The notes below the pieces were generated by a model. That model ran no database searches. It worked only from the letters and a program-made list of their open reading frames with translations, and was not told where the DNA came from. This document shows, piece after piece, positions 62,975-64,000 of a DNA stretch of 64,000 nucleotides. The stretch spans positions 200,446,001 to 200,510,000 of the forward strand of contig NC_082706.1 of NCBI RefSeq assembly GCF_030144855.1, given 5' to 3'. A program made the position numbers and the translations under genes. Each line of letters starts with the position of its first letter. The stretch's first letter is position 1. The DNA comes from Hypanus sabinus. Lineage: Eukaryota.

Positions 62975-64000
62975 CTGTCGATGCCGGCAGTGGGCTTGTA
63001 GTGGTGACAAGGAGGGTAGATACCCCATCGGGGTCATCAGGTGGGCACCTTCCTTCTTTGATGTTCCAGTGATAAGCCCATGACGTCTCCAGAGGGCTCA
63101 ACGGTGCTACCTGGCATCCCAGACACACCCCCTCAGATCCATACCCTCCTGTCTTCATCTTGCAGCCCAGTTGTTGTCTTTCCTTTTAATCAAAATCCAA
63201 TTACTGCTTTCTTCTGCTGCATTTTACAAGGACTTGATTGCTTGTTGGGAGTGAATAACCCCTCACCCCCATCTTCAATAGACTGGTCGTAGATGTAGTC
63301 ACAAATCCCCTGCATCCCACTTCTACAGGGAAAATCTTGGTCTTCCAGCTGTTCCGGGCAGCTTCAATTGCCAGTTGAGAGTACTTGGACTTTTTCCTCT
63401 CATAAGCTTCTTCAACATCATCTTCCCATGGTACTGTCACTTCCACAACTTATGCCAGCTTGGCTGTTGTGGACCACAGGACCATGTCTGGCCGGAGTGT
63501 TGTAGCCGCAATGTCTGGGGGAAACACAAGATTTTTCTCCCCAAGTGCACATTCATTTTCCAATCCCGAGCAAGCTGCAGAATACTTACCTCTGTGGATG
63601 TTATATGGTGCTCTAGAGGTTGGCCGGCTGGTACAAATCGTGTGATGTGAACATTTCTTGCCGATGTTTGTGGGAGAACATTTGTGGTGATTTGCCTCTG
63701 TTCCAAGATTGATTCCAGCTGTCTGAGAACTTGGTTATGCCGCCATGGGTACCGCCCCTGGCTGAGGCTCGTGGTGCATCCTGTTAAAATGTGCCTTAGT
63801 GATCCAGGTGTTTGACAAAGAGAGCAAGTGGGGTCTTCTCCCCACCACTGGTTCAGGTTCTGGGGTGTGGGTTGGAGGTCATAAGTGGCTCTAATGACAA
63901 AACTTAGCCGAGATCTCTCCCAGATGTCACACCAGCTGAGTTTCCTCTTTTCCAGGCTCTCTCAATTAGTCCATTGGCCCTGCTTGGCCACTGAGACGGC
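62975..64000 (-). mobile_element. HERO-like non-LTR retrotransposon (restriction-like endonuclease), 3' part
   Basis: Minus strand: CSLCQTPGSLRHILTGC (CCHC), GRYPWRHNQVL, LRPDMVLWS, EVTVPWE...EEAYERKKSKY, PVEVGCRGFV. In-frame stop at 63450-63452. Confidence 0.88.

Larger units (their letters stand above)
24064..64000 (-). other. Probable large intron 1 of the EXT1-family gene (at least 40 kb, continuing beyond the window)
   Basis: EXT1 exon 1 is a single coding block of about 320 codons. No such minus-strand ORF is in the ORF track. Vertebrate EXT1 genes have a very long first intron. Confidence 0.8.

Noticed and set aside
513-63706. The many 60-150 aa ORFs in the track as small genes
   Set aside because: They are TE fragments, antisense frames of TEs, read-through around EXT1 exons, or chance ORFs with alternative starts. 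None shows a non-TE domain.

Overview
Vertebrate genomic DNA, most likely a cartilaginous fish (ray or shark), inferred from V-domain/HE1-type SINEs and dense CR1 and Rex1/Babar LINEs. The only host gene I can support is an exostosin-1 (EXT1)-family heparan sulfate polymerase on the minus strand. Six internal coding exons (equivalent to human EXT1 exons 2-7: 94, 108, 120, 133, 119 and 96 bp, all GT-AG) lie between 24063 and 5543. Exon 1 and exons 8+ were not found, so 24064-64000 is most simply part of a very large intron 1. The rest is mostly transposable elements: CR1, Rex1/Babar, a Penelope-like element (PLE), a HERO-like RLE retrotransposon, RTE-derived SINEs, V-SINEs, Tc1, Tigger/pogo and hAT relics, and solo LTRs. 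Highlights: (1) short PLE-derived insertions carrying a minimal hammerhead-ribozyme motif, often folded back at that motif and flanked by 10-18 bp target-site duplications (TSDs); (2) a five-level nested transposon stack at about 47.3-51.9 kb; (3) two Tigger-type MITEs that closely resemble the eutherian MER2 and MER82 families as I recall them (horizontal-transfer candidates, unverified); (4) a 1.8-kb open CR1 RT frame with YADD changed to YADY; (5) a WN-to-WD change in the EXT1 GT64 domain. Repeat boundaries are approximate unless TIR/TSD coordinates are given. Family names rest on recalled motifs, not on a database search.
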